64,000 bases of DNA from Lama guanicoe (GCA_013239625.1 MU056000.1:12041175-12105174); one strand, 5' to 3'; shown: positions 49,746 to 62,994, counted from the stretch's first letter. The notes: generated by a model not told the origin, from the sequence alone. Made by a program: numbers and translations.

Positions 49746-51254
49746 CTGCCCGGGAAGCAGAGTCGGCACATGGTCAGGAGTCTCTGCAGGTTGCGGGGGC
49801 CTGTCAACCAGACGGCCTCAGCCCGACCTCGGCAGACCAACCCGTCCTCCCAGCAAAAGCCAGTAGGTAGCCCGCCGTGCGAATCCACGGGGCAGGCTTC
49901 GTGCGCATGAAGCCAAAAGGTCAGCTGCCTTCCCCTATTCCTAGGCAGGGAGAAAGGGAATCCTGGCTTTGCCAAATAGGACGTTGCCACCTGGTGGTTG
50001 CCTGATGGAAAACTGTGAGATTTTGCACGTAAAATAAAGCTCCCACCCGATGACGCTTAAGTGTGTTGGTATGATTAGGGCCGGGATTACTGTTCCAGCT
50101 CAAAGGGTCAGCGACAGAGCCCACAAGCACAGCTTTTAAAGACTGGATCACATCGTGCTGGTCAGCTCCTCATGATGCAGCTGGAGAAACAGAACTAAGG
50201 TGCGAACCCCAGCCCGCACCCTTCTCCCCGCCACCGCCCCCCCTCCACACGCGCAGTTCTGCTCCCTGCCAGCTACGTGCTCGCAAAGAGCTATTTCACG
50301 ATGCGGTCAGTGTCCACTGTCGCCTCTCCTGGCCCGTCCCTCCCGATGGCTGGCCTGGATCTCTGTGAAGACGTCCTACCTGGCCGCCATCCCCCTGTTC
50401 TCTCTTCCCTTCCAATCTCACCCCACATCACTGTTTGTAAAAGCACTGCTGTCACACATCATGTCACCATCAAAGGTCCCAGGGCAGTTCCCTATTGTCC
50501 ACTAGGGTTGACCAAACCCAGCAGCCTGGCGCCTGGGACCCTCCAGTCAAAGGCCCTCACCTCTTTCCACCTCACTGCACATCTGCTGCCAGCCTTGTCT
50601 ACCCGCACCTGTCCCTGCCTGCATCCTTGGTCTGATCACGGCCTCCTACCACCTCCTCGCCCTCACTTGACGCCATCAGCCCAACGAGCAGCGTGTGATT
50701 CATGCTCATCTCCCGCCTTTGCCTGCCGGCAGCTCCCTGGGTGGAGACCTCAACAGGCTTCGTGTATTATTACCATTATTACATCTTGAGCTTTGATGTG
50801 GATGGCATACATACATAGAGGTGTTCTGTGACTTACTGTGAGCTAGAACTAGCTATGCCCAGGATGGTCTGCCCTCTCTCCCTCCTGCTCTGTGGACACC
50901 ATCAGATCCTAGTCTCAAGGCTGTGATCCACTTGTCTAGTTTGGCTTTTTTGCCAAACTATGTAATTTTTTTTGGATCTCTATATATCATTTCCCTTTTT
51001 CTTTTTTTCCTCCAAAGGTAAGACCCACCTGATACAAGGGAACCAAATTTCTCTGTTGCAAAGGTATACAGAAGAATTTTGGGGTTATCAGGTTTGGGCC
51101 TAGGACAGACCTGCAGCTGAGAAGGGACCTGCATGCTGTATTTTCATGTCTTAAAGCGAAATACCCAAATAAAATCACTTGGTCAAAGGCTCCAGGACGT
51201 GAGGTGCCACTGTTCTATTTTGCCCAGGTCACAGACAAAAGAGTTGCCTCTTAC

Positions 51255-51446
51255 CTCACTGGTTTCAAAGAGCAGCTCCCTCTCATCGACGACGATCTTG
51301 TACGTGTTGGCCAGGGGAGCCCCAAAGGAGAGGATGTGCTCGTACTGGAAGACTTCTAAGGGTCTTCCCTCCCCGCGCTTGTAGACAGAGACAGCGTCGG
51401 CGCTGACGCCCAACCAGAGCTCCTGGGGAAAGCCGCCCTCCTTGCA
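51255..51446 (-). CDS. MYO10: Myosin-X exon (FERM F3)
   Basis: CKEGGFPQELWLGVSADAVSVYKRGEGRPLEVFQYEHILSFGAPLANTYKIVVDERELLFETSE; AG/GT boundaries; 192 nt. Confidence 0.96.
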
Positions 51447-52248
51447 CTGAGGGGCAAGAGTGATTGTTAAGAGTTAGACCAGAAACAGAACACAGGGGCC
51501 ACAAGACAGGCTTTAAATCAAGCCCTCTGCACAGCGTACTGAAGGCATTCAATGTGTATTTACGCCAGGGGAACTGAAACAGGAGAAATGGTATCTCTTC
51601 AGCTATCTTGGTTGATTTCTGACTGGCTGATCAGGCCTGTGCATATGGGGGGATCTCGGTGGTCAATTCCAGCATCTTGTTGGGACTCTCCACATCATCA
51701 CCCTCCTGGCCATCTGAATTAGCTACACAGGGGTGGCTACAGCCAAGGAACTCAACAATGATCCCCCAGCCAGGTCTACTCTTCTGTCTCTAGTTCTGCC
51801 TCCAATCCTGTCCTGAGTGATTATTCTTCAAATACAAAATCCAGGATCACAGGGGAAAATTCTCCACATCTGTGCTGAGTAACCAGCAATGAGCTTTTGT
51901 GTAGATGGTGGTTGATCTCACTGGCTTAACAATGGACTTTCTTGCACAGATCAGTGGAGGAAAATAGGAGCCTGGATGTGCGGGATGACAACACAAGGCG
52001 ATGGGAATCAGGAAGGATCCACATTGGTGACTCTGAGATGACGAGGTTCTGGTACCAAGCATCTGATTTATACTTAAAAACCAATGTAACAGAATTAACC
52101 AACCCAAAGACAGCACCCAATGAAAAGTCATGAAAGGATCTTAGAATATACAATAAATATTTAGATTTTTTACAAAGCCTCATTTAAAAGTTGTCAGATA
52201 ACATGCTGAATGACTATGGTCATTAGAAAAACACACGCTCATCTAAAC

Positions 52249-52460
52249 CAGGGGTTGACAAACATCTGTTAAGGGACAGGTATTAAATATTTTAGGCTTT
52301 GTGCTTTCTGGCACAGCTACTCAACTCTGCTGTTTGAGTGTGAAAGCAGCAGAGAAAAATGCATAAAAGAATGAGCATTGCTGTGTTCCAGTAAAACTTA
52401 ATTTTCAAAAAAAAAAGGCAAGCAGGATTTGGCCCCCGTGCTGTAGTCTGCTAAGCCTTG
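52249..52460. mobile_element. MER58A-like hAT-Charlie MITE
   Basis: CAGGGGTTGACAAAC...CTACTCAACTCTGC...GTTCCAGTAAAACTT...GCTAAGCCTTG. Imperfect 8-bp TSD ATCTAAAC/ATCTAGAG. Colinear with 46639-46856. Confidence 0.85.
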
Positions 52461-53000
52461 ATCTAGAGTATTAATAAGATTTTCTCTCAGTAAATAGCCT
52501 ACTTAAAATATGCATGTATGTAAATATACACATATGAAATCAGTACTGGGTTGATGCTAATTTTGCCAAATTCCAATTGTGTAACAGAAATTCTTCCCTG
52601 CAAACAGTCACGAGAAAAAATAAAAAAGTAAAATCCAAGTATACCCCAAATTTGACTTTAGGTACATTGTTCTAAAAAATGGTTAATGCAGATTTTTACC
52701 AGCACTTTTTTTATTGGGTCTATAGCTGGTATAAGGAAGAGTTAGAAGTTATTTAAGAATAGATGACATCTTAATTTTCCACTCACTTCTAACGTTACAA
52801 AAGCATTTACTATAAAGGAGGAAAAAAACTTGGGGTGGGTGGCTGGGAGGTTGTTAAGGATAAAATTGGGGGGGGGTGTCTAACAAAAGAGGGTGAGAGT
52901 GCAGAGTGTCCCACCCAGCCCTCCCTCCCTCTGGACTTGACCATGGTCACACTGACTCAGGTGCCCCCTCGTGTCGGAAAATGCAGCAGCCAGCCCTCAC

Positions 53001-53453
53001 CTCCACATCAAAGAGCGTGGATCCGTATCCAGGCCACTCCTTGATCAAGGCCATGTACTTGGCCATGGCCTGTTCCTGGCTCATTCCCTGGAATTTCTTC
53101 CACTTGTCAATGATGCTGGCTCGAGCGGAGGAGACCTCTTCCTTGACCCACATGTCCAGCATCTGCTCTTCCTCCACCTTCTGCCGCACGACGGGTCCCG
53201 TCCGGAAGCTCCGCCTCAGCGTCCCCTCCAGGAAGCTGGTGCGCCTCCTCTCCAGCCGCTCGCACGGCGTGAAGGTCTTGGTGGACTGGCTGATGCGGGC
53301 CTTGAGCCTCTGCAGCGAGTACACCTCCTCGAGAGGCGGGACCGCGGCGTGTGGTGTGTGGTCCCCCTGCAGGTACTGGAGCCGCAGGGCGGCGAGGACC
53401 TGCAGGTTCTCCTCTGGGGCCGGGTAGTGGCCGTGGATGACGGCTTCATGGGC
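53001..53453 (-). CDS. MYO10: Myosin-X exon (FERM F2)
   Basis: AHEAVIHGHYPAPEENLQVLAALRLQYLQGD...AMAKYMALIKEWPGYGSTLFDVE; 453 nt; AG/GT. Confidence 0.97.
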
Positions 53454-53865
53454 CTGCAAGGAGGCGGGCAGCGGCTTTATGGGCCGGACACTGTGGCTCT
53501 AACAGGATGCCTGTCTGGCTTGCTCCCTTATTTCATCAGGATCGCTCTCAAAGGCCACCTTCCCAAGAAACTGTACCCCAACCCCCCTTTGCTGCTTTAA
53601 ATTTCTCCCTGGCTCGGATACCATCTAACACATATATTTTATTTTAATTGTCCCCCCTCCACCCTCAACCAGAAGTTCCTGGTACAGAAGTTCAAATAGT
53701 GTGTGTCAAAGTTTCATTCTACAAATGAATAAAAGAGCAGCCGACCCTGTCCATGCCAGGAAATCTACTCCCATACGTGATTTGGAAGGACCAGCGGTTA
53801 ACGTACGAAGGGTATTAACAGGTTGCAGCCCTACTGTCCTGCAGAGGAACCAGAGTCCCACTTAC

Positions 53866-53986
53866 CTGTTCAAACATAAAGGCAAATTCCACGCTGTCTT
53901 TTGGCACGTTGTCCGTGTCCAGGAAGCAGTAAAGTTTGAAGTAGAACTTCCAGGGCTGGTCACCTACCTCTGATGTGGCAGCCAGC
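53866..53986 (-). CDS. MYO10: Myosin-X exon (FERM F1-F2)
   Basis: LAATSEVGDQPWKFYFKLYCFLDTDNVPKDSVEFAFMFEQ; 121 nt; TAG/GT. Confidence 0.96.
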
Positions 53987-54815
53987 CTAGACAGAAGTCG
54001 AGAGGGAGACTCAGAAAGCCAAACAAGACATGGGCCACGGGCGACCCACAGGGAGTTCACTTTGTACGGTGTGTTCTCTCTAAGGCTTCAGTCTGTCTGT
54101 GCTCAGAGAGCAGAGCGTGTGGAGTGGGAGGGAGGGAGAGGACACGCTGGAAGAGTGAGGCTTCTCAGAGTTCCCTGCTAAGCTGTTTACCCAGAGGTGA
54201 AAAGCATGCTTTCATCCTGATTTTATCTGACAACAGGCAGCCTTCAGTTAAACTGCGCCAACAAGTCTTTTCTGCGTGTCCCAGTCTAGTTAGCCCTAGC
54301 CAAGCGTGATGCTGGATCCATACAAAGAAAAACAACACCTATTACTTCATTCCTTTTACCAACTCTCAAACTACAATATTTATAAAAGCTAACATGAATA
54401 TTAGGGAGGCTGTGTTTATACTGAGTAGGAATATACTTTGTGCTACTAGGGGGACATGAGAGCCATTAATAAAATATTATGGGTCCAAGAGATACAAAAT
54501 GTGGTTGGAAGAGTTTATTAACTGGCTTCTGTCTACTCCAGCTAATGACAAGTGAAAACCTAGAATCAGAGAATTCCAAGACAGTGGGTACAACAGGGGA
54601 CCAACAGAAAGAATGGGGTAGACAAACAATGCTGAACCCTGTTTGAGATGGGAGCTCCATCTAGGAATCAAGGAAAACAGGCAACAAGGGGAGGTGAAAA
54701 ATTAAATATGCTTCAACATGGGCAAAATAAGGCCCACTCAAATGTGCACCAAAGGCAAAAATGGCACAGAAGTTCAAACCTTCTTGAATCTGCTGGCACT
54801 TGGAAGGGAACTTAC

Positions 54816-54952
54816 TTCTCAAACTTTGCCAACACATCGGCCACAATGGTCCGGCTCTCGATGGCTTTGTCGACGTGCCCGTTGTACTCAAAGAGTGCGA
54901 ACATGTTTCTGCTGTCCTCCATGGCCAGGCCTCGGATCAGCTTCTCCACCAC
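54816..54952 (-). CDS. MYO10: Myosin-X exon (FERM F1)
   Basis: Manual translation VVEKLIRGLAMEDSRNMFALFEYNGHVDKAIESRTIVADVLAKFE(K); 137 nt; phases match the neighbouring exons. Confidence 0.95.
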
Positions 54953-55656
54953 CTGGAAAACACAAGGTCTTTAGCTTCTGAAGCTGTGGTTCTAGAATGT
55001 GCCTTCATCAGAACCCAGAGGGAGCTGCCAGCCAAAGTGAGGGTCCAGGCAGCCTCCTAAGGCTGTCAGGGGTGAAATTTCAAAGGTGCTGTTTTCCCTT
55101 CTTCTCCTGGCATCAGTTCTCTCTCTTCCTTGCCACAAAGAACTGGCCCAGCATTTGCCACCGGTAGGGACAGAGGCTGGGCCTGTTTCTTGCAAACCCA
55201 TACTAGGAGGGTTTACATGGAAACTGAAGCCCTTTTGTCCAACAACCTCATGAACTCATGGTGACTTTCACCAATGTTTCTTCTACACCAGCTTTTCTGG
55301 GTTTTACTGAACTATTCCTTTTAGCCAATTGGTTTTATAATACTGTTTAAATGTTAAAAGAAAGAAAATAATGTGTCCACCTGACCCAGCATTCTAGGTC
55401 TTTGCGTGGCACACAGAAACACTCCACTGCAGAAGTGTTACGATAAACCCTCATCATAGAGGGTGTACCTGAGTCAGGGTCCACAATCTCTACTAGATTT
55501 TCAATTGCTTCTCAGATTAGCAGGATTAGGTCTGTTTCCTCGTTTAACTGAGCAGCTGCCCTATACAAATCACAACCAGGCACAGGAGCCAACCTAACTG
55601 CACACAATTGTCCTAAGCACACAGGCAGTCAGGCATCAAACAGCGCCCTCCCTCAC

Positions 55657-55864
55657 CTCCCCGGCTGTGGTGTGGGAGCTGATGGTGATCTTGCAGGAGC
55701 CTCCGCCGTGGCAATACACCGTGGACGTCATCTCCTGCCTGTGGATCAGAGCTTCTATTTCATCCCGGGAAGGCACGAACTCTCGGCATTTGGTTTTCTT
55801 AAGAGATTCGTAAATGAAGAGGGCGTATTTTTCCATCTCGGTTCCTGGAAACTGTTCCCGGACC
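55657..55864 (-). CDS. MYO10: Myosin-X exon (MyTH4-FERM junction)
   Basis: VREQFPGTEMEKYALFIYESLKKTKCREFVPSRDEIEALIHRQEMTSTVYCHGGGSCKITISSHTTAGE; 208 nt. Confidence 0.96.
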
Positions 55865-56495
55865 CTAGGAGACAGACACTAACGGTCAGTTGCCGGATTG
55901 AGGATGGCTGGCAGTGGGGAGCCAGGCAGCTTCAACGTGCTGCAGGCCAGCACAGCCAACGTGTCCCCATGATGAACAGAGCAAGTGCCAGCCACTGCCT
56001 GAGCTTATCCCAGGAAGGTTTAGTCTAAAGACAGAGAACAAAAGAAAGAAAGAAAACCACCTTAAAGACCGAAGAGCCCACGTACGACTGGAGCAACTGC
56101 TGACAGCTGGCCTCTGCCGCGCTCTTGTGCTTAAAGAGCCCTCTGCCTCGTACCACTGGGTGAAAACTGCTTTTCCAACATTAATCAGACTGAATCAGAC
56201 TGTTTCCACCTGTTTGATTTGGAACAAATATCCAAGCTTTTTTCCCCTCCTTGTTTATATAGGGTAGTGGTAACTAAATTCATCCCATGTCCTACACATC
56301 AGGACATTACACCAAGAGTGACCGGGTCTCTGGACAGCCTTGCACGGCTTAGAGAGAAAAAGGATGGCTGCAAGCTTGCTCAGGGGACCCAGGAGCCTGA
56401 CCCACACCAGGGGTCTTCTGTTCCAGATCTGCATCATCTGAACAGTGATCCACTGCACTGTCCGTGCGAACAGCGCTGCCCCGGCCCCCTGGTAC

Positions 56496-56793
56496 CTTTT
56501 GAGGTGGAACTTCAGGTACTTGAGGACCCCCCGGCTCGGCAGGAAGGTGCAACTCAGGCATGTGAGGATCTGCCAGCTGTACAGGTTGCCCACGCTGCCC
56601 GGGTGCGGCACCTGGGTGGTCTGCTTGATGAGCTGGCAGTACAGCTCGTCTCGCAGCGGCCGGAGGTCATGGCCCGTCTGGAGGATGCCCTGGATTATGG
56701 GGATGGGGTCAGACACGGATTCCAGCTGCTGGAGGGAATTGAATATCTTGATGGCCTCGTCCTGCAGCGTGGTGTAGCCTTTGTCTTTGAGTA
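56496..56793 (-). CDS. MYO10: Myosin-X exon (MyTH4)
   Basis: LKDKGYTTLQDEAIKIFNSLQQLES...LRDELYCQLIKQT...WQILTCLSCTFLPSRGVLKYLKFHLK(R); MyTH4 signature; 298 nt. Confidence 0.97.
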
Positions 56794-57215
56794 CTGGGAA
56801 AAGGGAAACAAACACAAGTCACGTGAGGGGCTCGGGGAAGGTGTCTTCCGAGCAGCAGACCAGAGGAAGGAATGAGGACGGGAGCTAGGCCGTGATGCAG
56901 CACCCACCATGTGTCCCGGGAACCCCGAATCAGCTGCATGGAGGTGGGCAAGGAACTGAACGATTTCACTGTGCAAAATGCTTAAAAGCTTGTCTGTTGC
57001 CAGACAGGGTCCACACTTGGAAGGCAAGACGATGGTTAGGATCTGGTTCTCTGGGATGCTAAGGCTACTCTGAGCTCACGGGCAGTGCTGGCACTTTCTT
57101 TAAGGCAACAACCCTGGCATCACCACAACCCACAGATGCGAATGTGACTGAGCTCACGAGGTGACGGGGAAAGTGCACCCCAGTGTCCCGGGTCCGGGTG
57201 GAACTGGAGACTCAC

Positions 57216-57339
57216 AGTTGAGGTTTATGTCTCCGTAGGGCAGGGGCAGGAGCGGGGAGTGCAGGGGGTGGTGGGTGTGGCGCAGGATAGGGTTCCGCTT
57301 GTAAATCTGCTCCACCACGTCCGAGTTCAGGCAGTTCTC
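57216..57339 (-). CDS. MYO10: Myosin-X exon (start of MyTH4 region)
   Basis: ENCLNSDVVEQIYKRNPILRHTHHPLHSPLLPLPYGDINLN; 124 nt. Confidence 0.96.
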
Positions 57340-59379
57340 CTGGAGAATAAAGGAGCCGTTAGAGAAAGGCCACGAGCTTACTGCAAAAGATGTACGGAAA
57401 GGAACAAGGACACTGCATTCTCCTGCATGTGGATGTTTTTCACAAGTCACAAAACATCAGTAGCCTAGGGATGGTGGGGGAACTAGATGGATTAATCCAG
57501 CATTAATCATTTCGACACCCAGAAGCCATGTTTGAAGACGAATCACACACATTTTCCTCACATAGCTCATTCCCTTTCTCTCATACATTTGCATATATTT
57601 CCCCACATTATTGGAAAAAGTCTTTCCTCTGGAGATGATGTATATTCAAAAAAGTTCATTTAAGCTTCTCTTGCTAATTATTTAGCCATGAATCGCTTGG
57701 CCACATCATGTCATCCTTATCTATAATTCATTTTAAAAATATAGTTTGCTAGTTCTTTCACGGGTCTTCCGTATTCTCTGCCCGAAAACGACACATTAGT
57801 ATCAGTTGAGACTGCTCGTCCATGAGCCTCCTTTCTCACTCCTGAAATTTGAGAGCTCCTTGCAGAGAATTTCATCATGTATTTAAGTTCCTAAAACATT
57901 AATGTGGGATCTGAAAAAGCCAAAGTCCCTTTTAGAACTTTAAATAAACAGAAAAGCTGGGGGAGAGGCGATGAGTCATTTTACTGCGGGAATTTCGCTT
58001 CCACTATGAAACTTATTCAGTAACACCCAATCGAAAACCGGGGGGGGGGGAGTCTAAATTAATTAAAAAACTGGTGCAGCCTTACTTAGGGCAACTTGTC
58101 TCATTTCTTAAGAAGCAACTGTTTCATATTTAAAAATTCTATTTATTCTTTTAATGTCTGATTTCCAATGAATTAGTAAATAAAAGGGTAGATAAGATAC
58201 AGCTTTGAAGAGAAAGTGTGCTCAGCTGGTATGTGCTGTTTTCTCTCCCTTCTCACAAGAAAGCTTTGGAAAAATTAATTTGAGACTAGAAATGACATTA
58301 TTAGTTTCAAGTGCCCTGGGTCCATGGACAGCTCTGCGGTTTGTAGGAGAACTGACTTGCTGGAATTTGGCTCCAAATACCCAGAAAATGTATCATTTTG
58401 GAATTAAGAGGCTGACTTGAATTTGGTGGGAAATCATACACTCCCGATCTATTAGACCCTCCCCACCTTTACAAAGGCACAGTTTGCCTCCTGGATCCGA
58501 TTAGTTAACTTTCTTTGATGTACATCAGTCAATAAACACCCGCCTCACTACCATTCTGGCGTCTCTTCTGTCACAGCTCCAGCTCTTTCCTCTGTGTAGG
58601 GAACCTGCCTACTTGGAGGAACAGCAGTAAAAATAATCCCCTCCACCTGCTTCTGCAGCAGGGCTGGACCTGCTGTGTGTGCAGCGCACCCAGAAAGCCC
58701 CGTGTCTCTGTTTCCACCCCTGGAGAACGAGCGCGGTGACCCTGGTTCGCAGCCGCCGTCTAATCGTTCGTTTGTTCACTCAGTCATTCAACAAACACTT
58801 ACTGAGCAACTGATCTTTATAAACAGGAAATTACAATTTAATAAAGTCAATGTCGGTCCAAAGCTTTGGGGGCTTCTGCCAGTTTAGAGGCACCTGATGA
58901 GGACTCCACGTTTCCTAGATCAACCTGGGCTCTCCGCAAACCTACCTGTGTGGTCTAGAAAGCACAGAGTAAAAGCAGAACTACTGTGTTCCTCCTAGAA
59001 GGTCCCCAACCTGAGCACAAGAAGAGCCCGTGACACAGCAGGTCATCCCCAACACAGATCACACCACGTCCCTGTGATGGGGAGCCCCACACCCCAACTG
59101 TAGACCCCTGTCCTCTGCTCGCACAGCCCAACAACCGCGGCTGCCTCAGTGGCAACATCTAACACCTCCCCAGAGACAAGATATTTCTAGCATCCAGTGT
59201 CACCTGCAGTCCAGCACTTAGATTTTTAAAAGCCGGGATACACAAAGACACAGTTAATGAAGAGTTAGTTTTGATTACAGGAAGAAAACGAAGCCTGACC
59301 AATGTTGACATCATGATGTTCCAAGGGTGAGAGTCGGTGAGCGGCTATGAACCACCCCGGGGAGCCGGGCTCCTCTCAC

Positions 59380-59537
59380 CTTGATATCCTGAATCAGCTG
59401 CTGGGTGGGGGTGTCGATCGGGGCCTTGGCGTCGGTCACGTTTTGAATGGCGCTGGACCACCTGGTGGCCTCATTGAGCAGCTTGGTGTAGAGTCGGTAG
59501 CAGTGCTTGCGTCCGTACACGGTGACATTCCAGTAGC
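59380..59537 (-). CDS. MYO10: Myosin-X exon (PH3 C-terminal half)
   Basis: YWNVTVYGRKHCYRLYTKLLNEATRWSSAIQNVTDAKAPIDTPTQQLIQDIK; 158 nt. Confidence 0.96.
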
Positions 59538-60529
59538 CTGTGAGAGTGGTGCACACATACACACACACACCAGCCTTAACCTTGGGGACCAAGAGGCGTT
59601 CCTGTACTGGGGTCCCAGAATGCCAGTGCTCACGTCATCTCCACCTGAGCCTCTTTATTATTTAATTCAACAGCTACTTGCTGACTTCCTCCACGTGCCA
59701 GCCCTGCACGAGGTAGCCAAAGACATGTGGAGTTTACACTTGAGAGGGAAAGACAAACATTAAAATGATAAGCCTAGAATCAAATCTATAACTAATATCT
59801 GCTTTAAAAGAACCACCAGGTATAAACTAAAGTCCTGTTCAAGGTTCTGGAACAAGAGTGAAAACTCTTCCTTCAGATTTCTGACTCTCCTTTTCCCTTC
59901 CTGTCTCTTCTCTTCCTTCCTTAAGAGTCTCCCTTCAAAGGAGACTCCCGTCTGTGTGAAGCAAGCCGTTTCTGTGTTCAGAGACCAGCTGTGAGATGGA
60001 ATGACGTGACTCTATTAAAAACTGCACGAATTTCTTTTTGAATGGACTATGTTAAAAAAGCACACAATTACAGCTAGCGACAAAAATCAAAACAAACAAT
60101 CTAGAAACATCTTTTATAATAACAAAGGGAAAAACATGAAGCTTAGACTGCTTTTTATTCTACTGCGTTACGGTCACTGTCAGGATGACCTTTTTCAGGC
60201 TGCATTAGGACGCTTGTGGTACAACATTGAGAAAGACAAAGGCACAGCATAGAAAAATAACGCTTGGGGGAAAACCTTTGTCTGGTGACATTTTATTGCC
60301 CTTACAAGAATCTCCCTGCAACTCAATAAATCAAGACCTCCTTCCTACAGTTTACACACCAAGTGCTCATAGAGCTAACCATGAAGCAAGAAGATAAATC
60401 CCCCTGTGGCGAAAGATGCACATGCTCCAGGCAGAACTCCTGCTCCTTTGCTCTGAGCAAACCTGGACCCCATGCTTGGATGGGGCAAGCCTCGGGCCCA
60501 GCCAGTCCTGAGCACAGCGCCCTGCTTAC

Positions 60530-60724
60530 CTGTCTCTTTGAAGATCTTCTCGTCCGGAGGGACGACTGAACAGAGGCTGTTGAGGACCAGGGTGCCCAGT
60601 TTCAGGGCGTTCTTCTCTGAGCTCTTGTAGTAATCCAAGGAGTTGTGGGTGAGCACAAACCACCGCTTCTTCAGTTTCAGGGAAGACATCTTCGGGCTGT
60701 TTTTCACTTCTTTGTGCAACCACC
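60530..60724 (-). CDS. MYO10: Myosin-X exon (PH3 N-terminal half)
   Basis: WLHKEVKNSPKMSSLKLKKRWFVLTHNSLDYYKSSEKNALKLGTLVLNSLCSVVPPDEKIFKET; 195 nt. Confidence 0.96.
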
Positions 60725-60877
60725 CTGGAGAGAGAGATGAAAGGGTACATTCAAAACTAGGAAGAAAAACATCACCAACCAGGTAATAATTTACGCAGTG
60801 CTTACAGTTACATTTGCTAGGAATGGCCACGGTCATTTCGTATTTGACGATTTTTAACAATTTTAAGAATCAAAATT

Positions 60878-61044
60878 GGGGGGGAGGATATTAGCTCAGT
60901 GGTAGAGTGCGTGCTTAGCATGCACGAGGTCCTGGGTTCCATCCCCAGTACCTCCATTAAAAGAATAAATAAGCAAGCCTGATTACCTCCTCCTTAAAAA
61001 AAAACAAAACAAAAAAAAAACACACTATTGAATTTAAAAAAAAA
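60878..61044 (+). mobile_element. tRNA-Ala(AGC)-derived SINE (camelid vic-1 type), young-looking copy
   Basis: TAGCTCAGTGGTAGAGTGCGTGCTTAGCATGCACGAGGTCCTGGGTTCCATCCCCAGTACCTCCA, family tail, A-rich end, imperfect TSD AAGAATCAAAAT/AGGAATAAAAAT. Confidence 0.9.
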
Positions 61045-61149
61045 AGGAATAAAAATGACCCAGAAAAGTGGCTCAAAATGGAACCACAGCAGATATCTGT
61101 AGAGATGGAGATAGGACCCCATACGGAAGAAGAGCCTCGGTGGCCTCAC

Positions 61150-61292
61150 CTCTCACTATAAACTCCTGGCCCTCCACTCTGGTGTCCCCCTTGGATCTCT
61201 GCAGCAGCGTTATCCAGTGGTGCATCTCCTCCGGCGTGTCGGCGTTGCAGTGAAGCACCCGGTTGGCCGTGATGATCACGAATGAGTTGGGT
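61150..61292 (-). CDS. MYO10: Myosin-X exon (C-terminal half of split PH1)
   Basis: PNSFVIITANRVLHCNADTPEEMHHWITLLQRSKGDTRVEGQEFIVR; 143 nt. Confidence 0.96.
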
Positions 61293-62994
61293 CTGAGCAA
61301 CAGGGCGAGAAGGAAGCCAAACCTCTGAGCGCCGCTGAAGTCCTCACCTCTGCCTGAACCAAGACTAAATGCCTGTTTCCTGGCTTTTGGGTCACGGGGA
61401 TAAAATATGGCAGGGCTATTTGGATTTTATGTGGAGGCAAACCTGGCTCCTTTCTGCAGGATTTACTTTCTGCCTCATTAACCTTTCAACTTGGAGCCAC
61501 ATATTCTGAAGGTCCTGGAAGGGAAAACATCTCACTGCAAAACTTTCCAGATGACACGCGGTTCCGGGAAGGCTAAATAAGGTGACCGCAGGGGAAAATT
61601 TTTTTTTGATGCCTCTCCAAGGGAAATTTCTTTCTGCCTCTGGGTATGGCCTTGGATAATATTTCTGTGGGTTGGTAACGAAACGTCTGACACCAGTAAC
61701 AGAAGATCAGTAAATAGGTGTAAGTGGAACATCTTATACACTTGATTATGTCTGGCTCAAAGAGCCACCTGGATCTGTTTTTTTTCAAAGCAATCTGATG
61801 AGAGTGCATTTCCCGATCAGGGATAACATAAAAATGGAAATTTACTTTCTCTAGCATCTCTTTGTATCTGGCAATGCCCTGAGTCTCTCTTAGCCCTTGC
61901 TCATACTAATTCTTAATCACTGAAGCTCATGACAATTTCTTGCAAGTTTTCAAACTGAAGTTAAGTGCTGCAGAAGTCCGAGGAAAAGGAAGATTAACAG
62001 GACTGGAGTGGGGACGGACTGGCGCTCCTTAAAAATAAGAACAAGATTTTTCTATAGTTGGGAAGGGAGAAAGGTGGGCACTTGAGTAAGAGAGAAAAGC
62101 CTGGGGAGGGATGGAAAGCTCTCAGCAGGGATCACTACCTGCCTGGTCTGCCAGCAGGAATGGGTTTAGGAGAAGAGCGAGGCAGATGGGAAATTGACTG
62201 TTAGAACAAAAACTTGGGCTTTGATTATTCACATGACACACACGTGTTAAAAGGTTCCTGAGTCAGGTATAAGAAGGTACTGGGTGACTACAAGGAACAA
62301 AGAACCTATGGTTCAGAAGAGCTTTGTCAACGGTTGGCGTGACTCCCATCCAAACCAGGAGATACTATTTTTGTTGATCATTTGAATGTCTTTCTAAAGC
62401 TATGTTATTGAAGGCAGAAGTCAACTTCGATTCGAACTCAGAATTCGTAAGCAGCAAAACAAAAACAGAGAGAATGATAAAGACAAGGGCCACTGGGTAC
62501 CTGGATTCCTGAGCCCATCGCCGAAGATGATTTGCCTTCAAAGAACAAAACCCCAAACATGCTCTTTTCAGAGCCCAGATAAAGTGGACATATCCAGGGA
62601 AATAAATGCTTGTGTTTTTGTTTATGAATACTCTGCATAAAAACTGCTGTCAAAATCCTTTTCAAATTCATTATTCAAGTGTCGAAAGGGGAACTACACC
62701 CACTCCCGCGCTGGGATACAGGCATTTTCTTCTTGCATGAAGCCCGAGTTCATTCCTGGATGACTGTCTAAATTAGGTTTCCATGGTCTTCCCCTGGCAC
62801 TCCAGAGATCTCCAGAGAGGAAGATGGTGTAGGAGGATGTCAAACCGGGTACCAAGAAGGAAGCCTCTGATTCGCTGGGGTTCACCAGGTAGGAACATGC
62901 AGCCTAGAATCACTTCACACCCGGCGTACAGACGCCTGTGGGCACAGGCAGGCGATGAGGAGCCACTTTTGTGGAAAGTCTCATCTGAGCTTAC

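Noticed and set aside
52906..56875. Plus-strand ORFs of 173, 209 and 218 aa overlapping MYO10 exons
   Set aside because: Antisense shadows of GC3-rich coding exons.
59925..59947. Hairpin GAGTCTCC-N7-GGAGACTC in a MYO10 intron
   Set aside because: An 8-bp stem is expected by chance in 64 kb and is too short for a pre-miRNA.
60884..60956. Possible functional tRNA-Ala gene
   Set aside because: Altered 5' acceptor strand, B-box change (GTTCCA instead of GTTCGA), a tail shared with two other SINE copies, an A-tail and a TSD all indicate a SINE.
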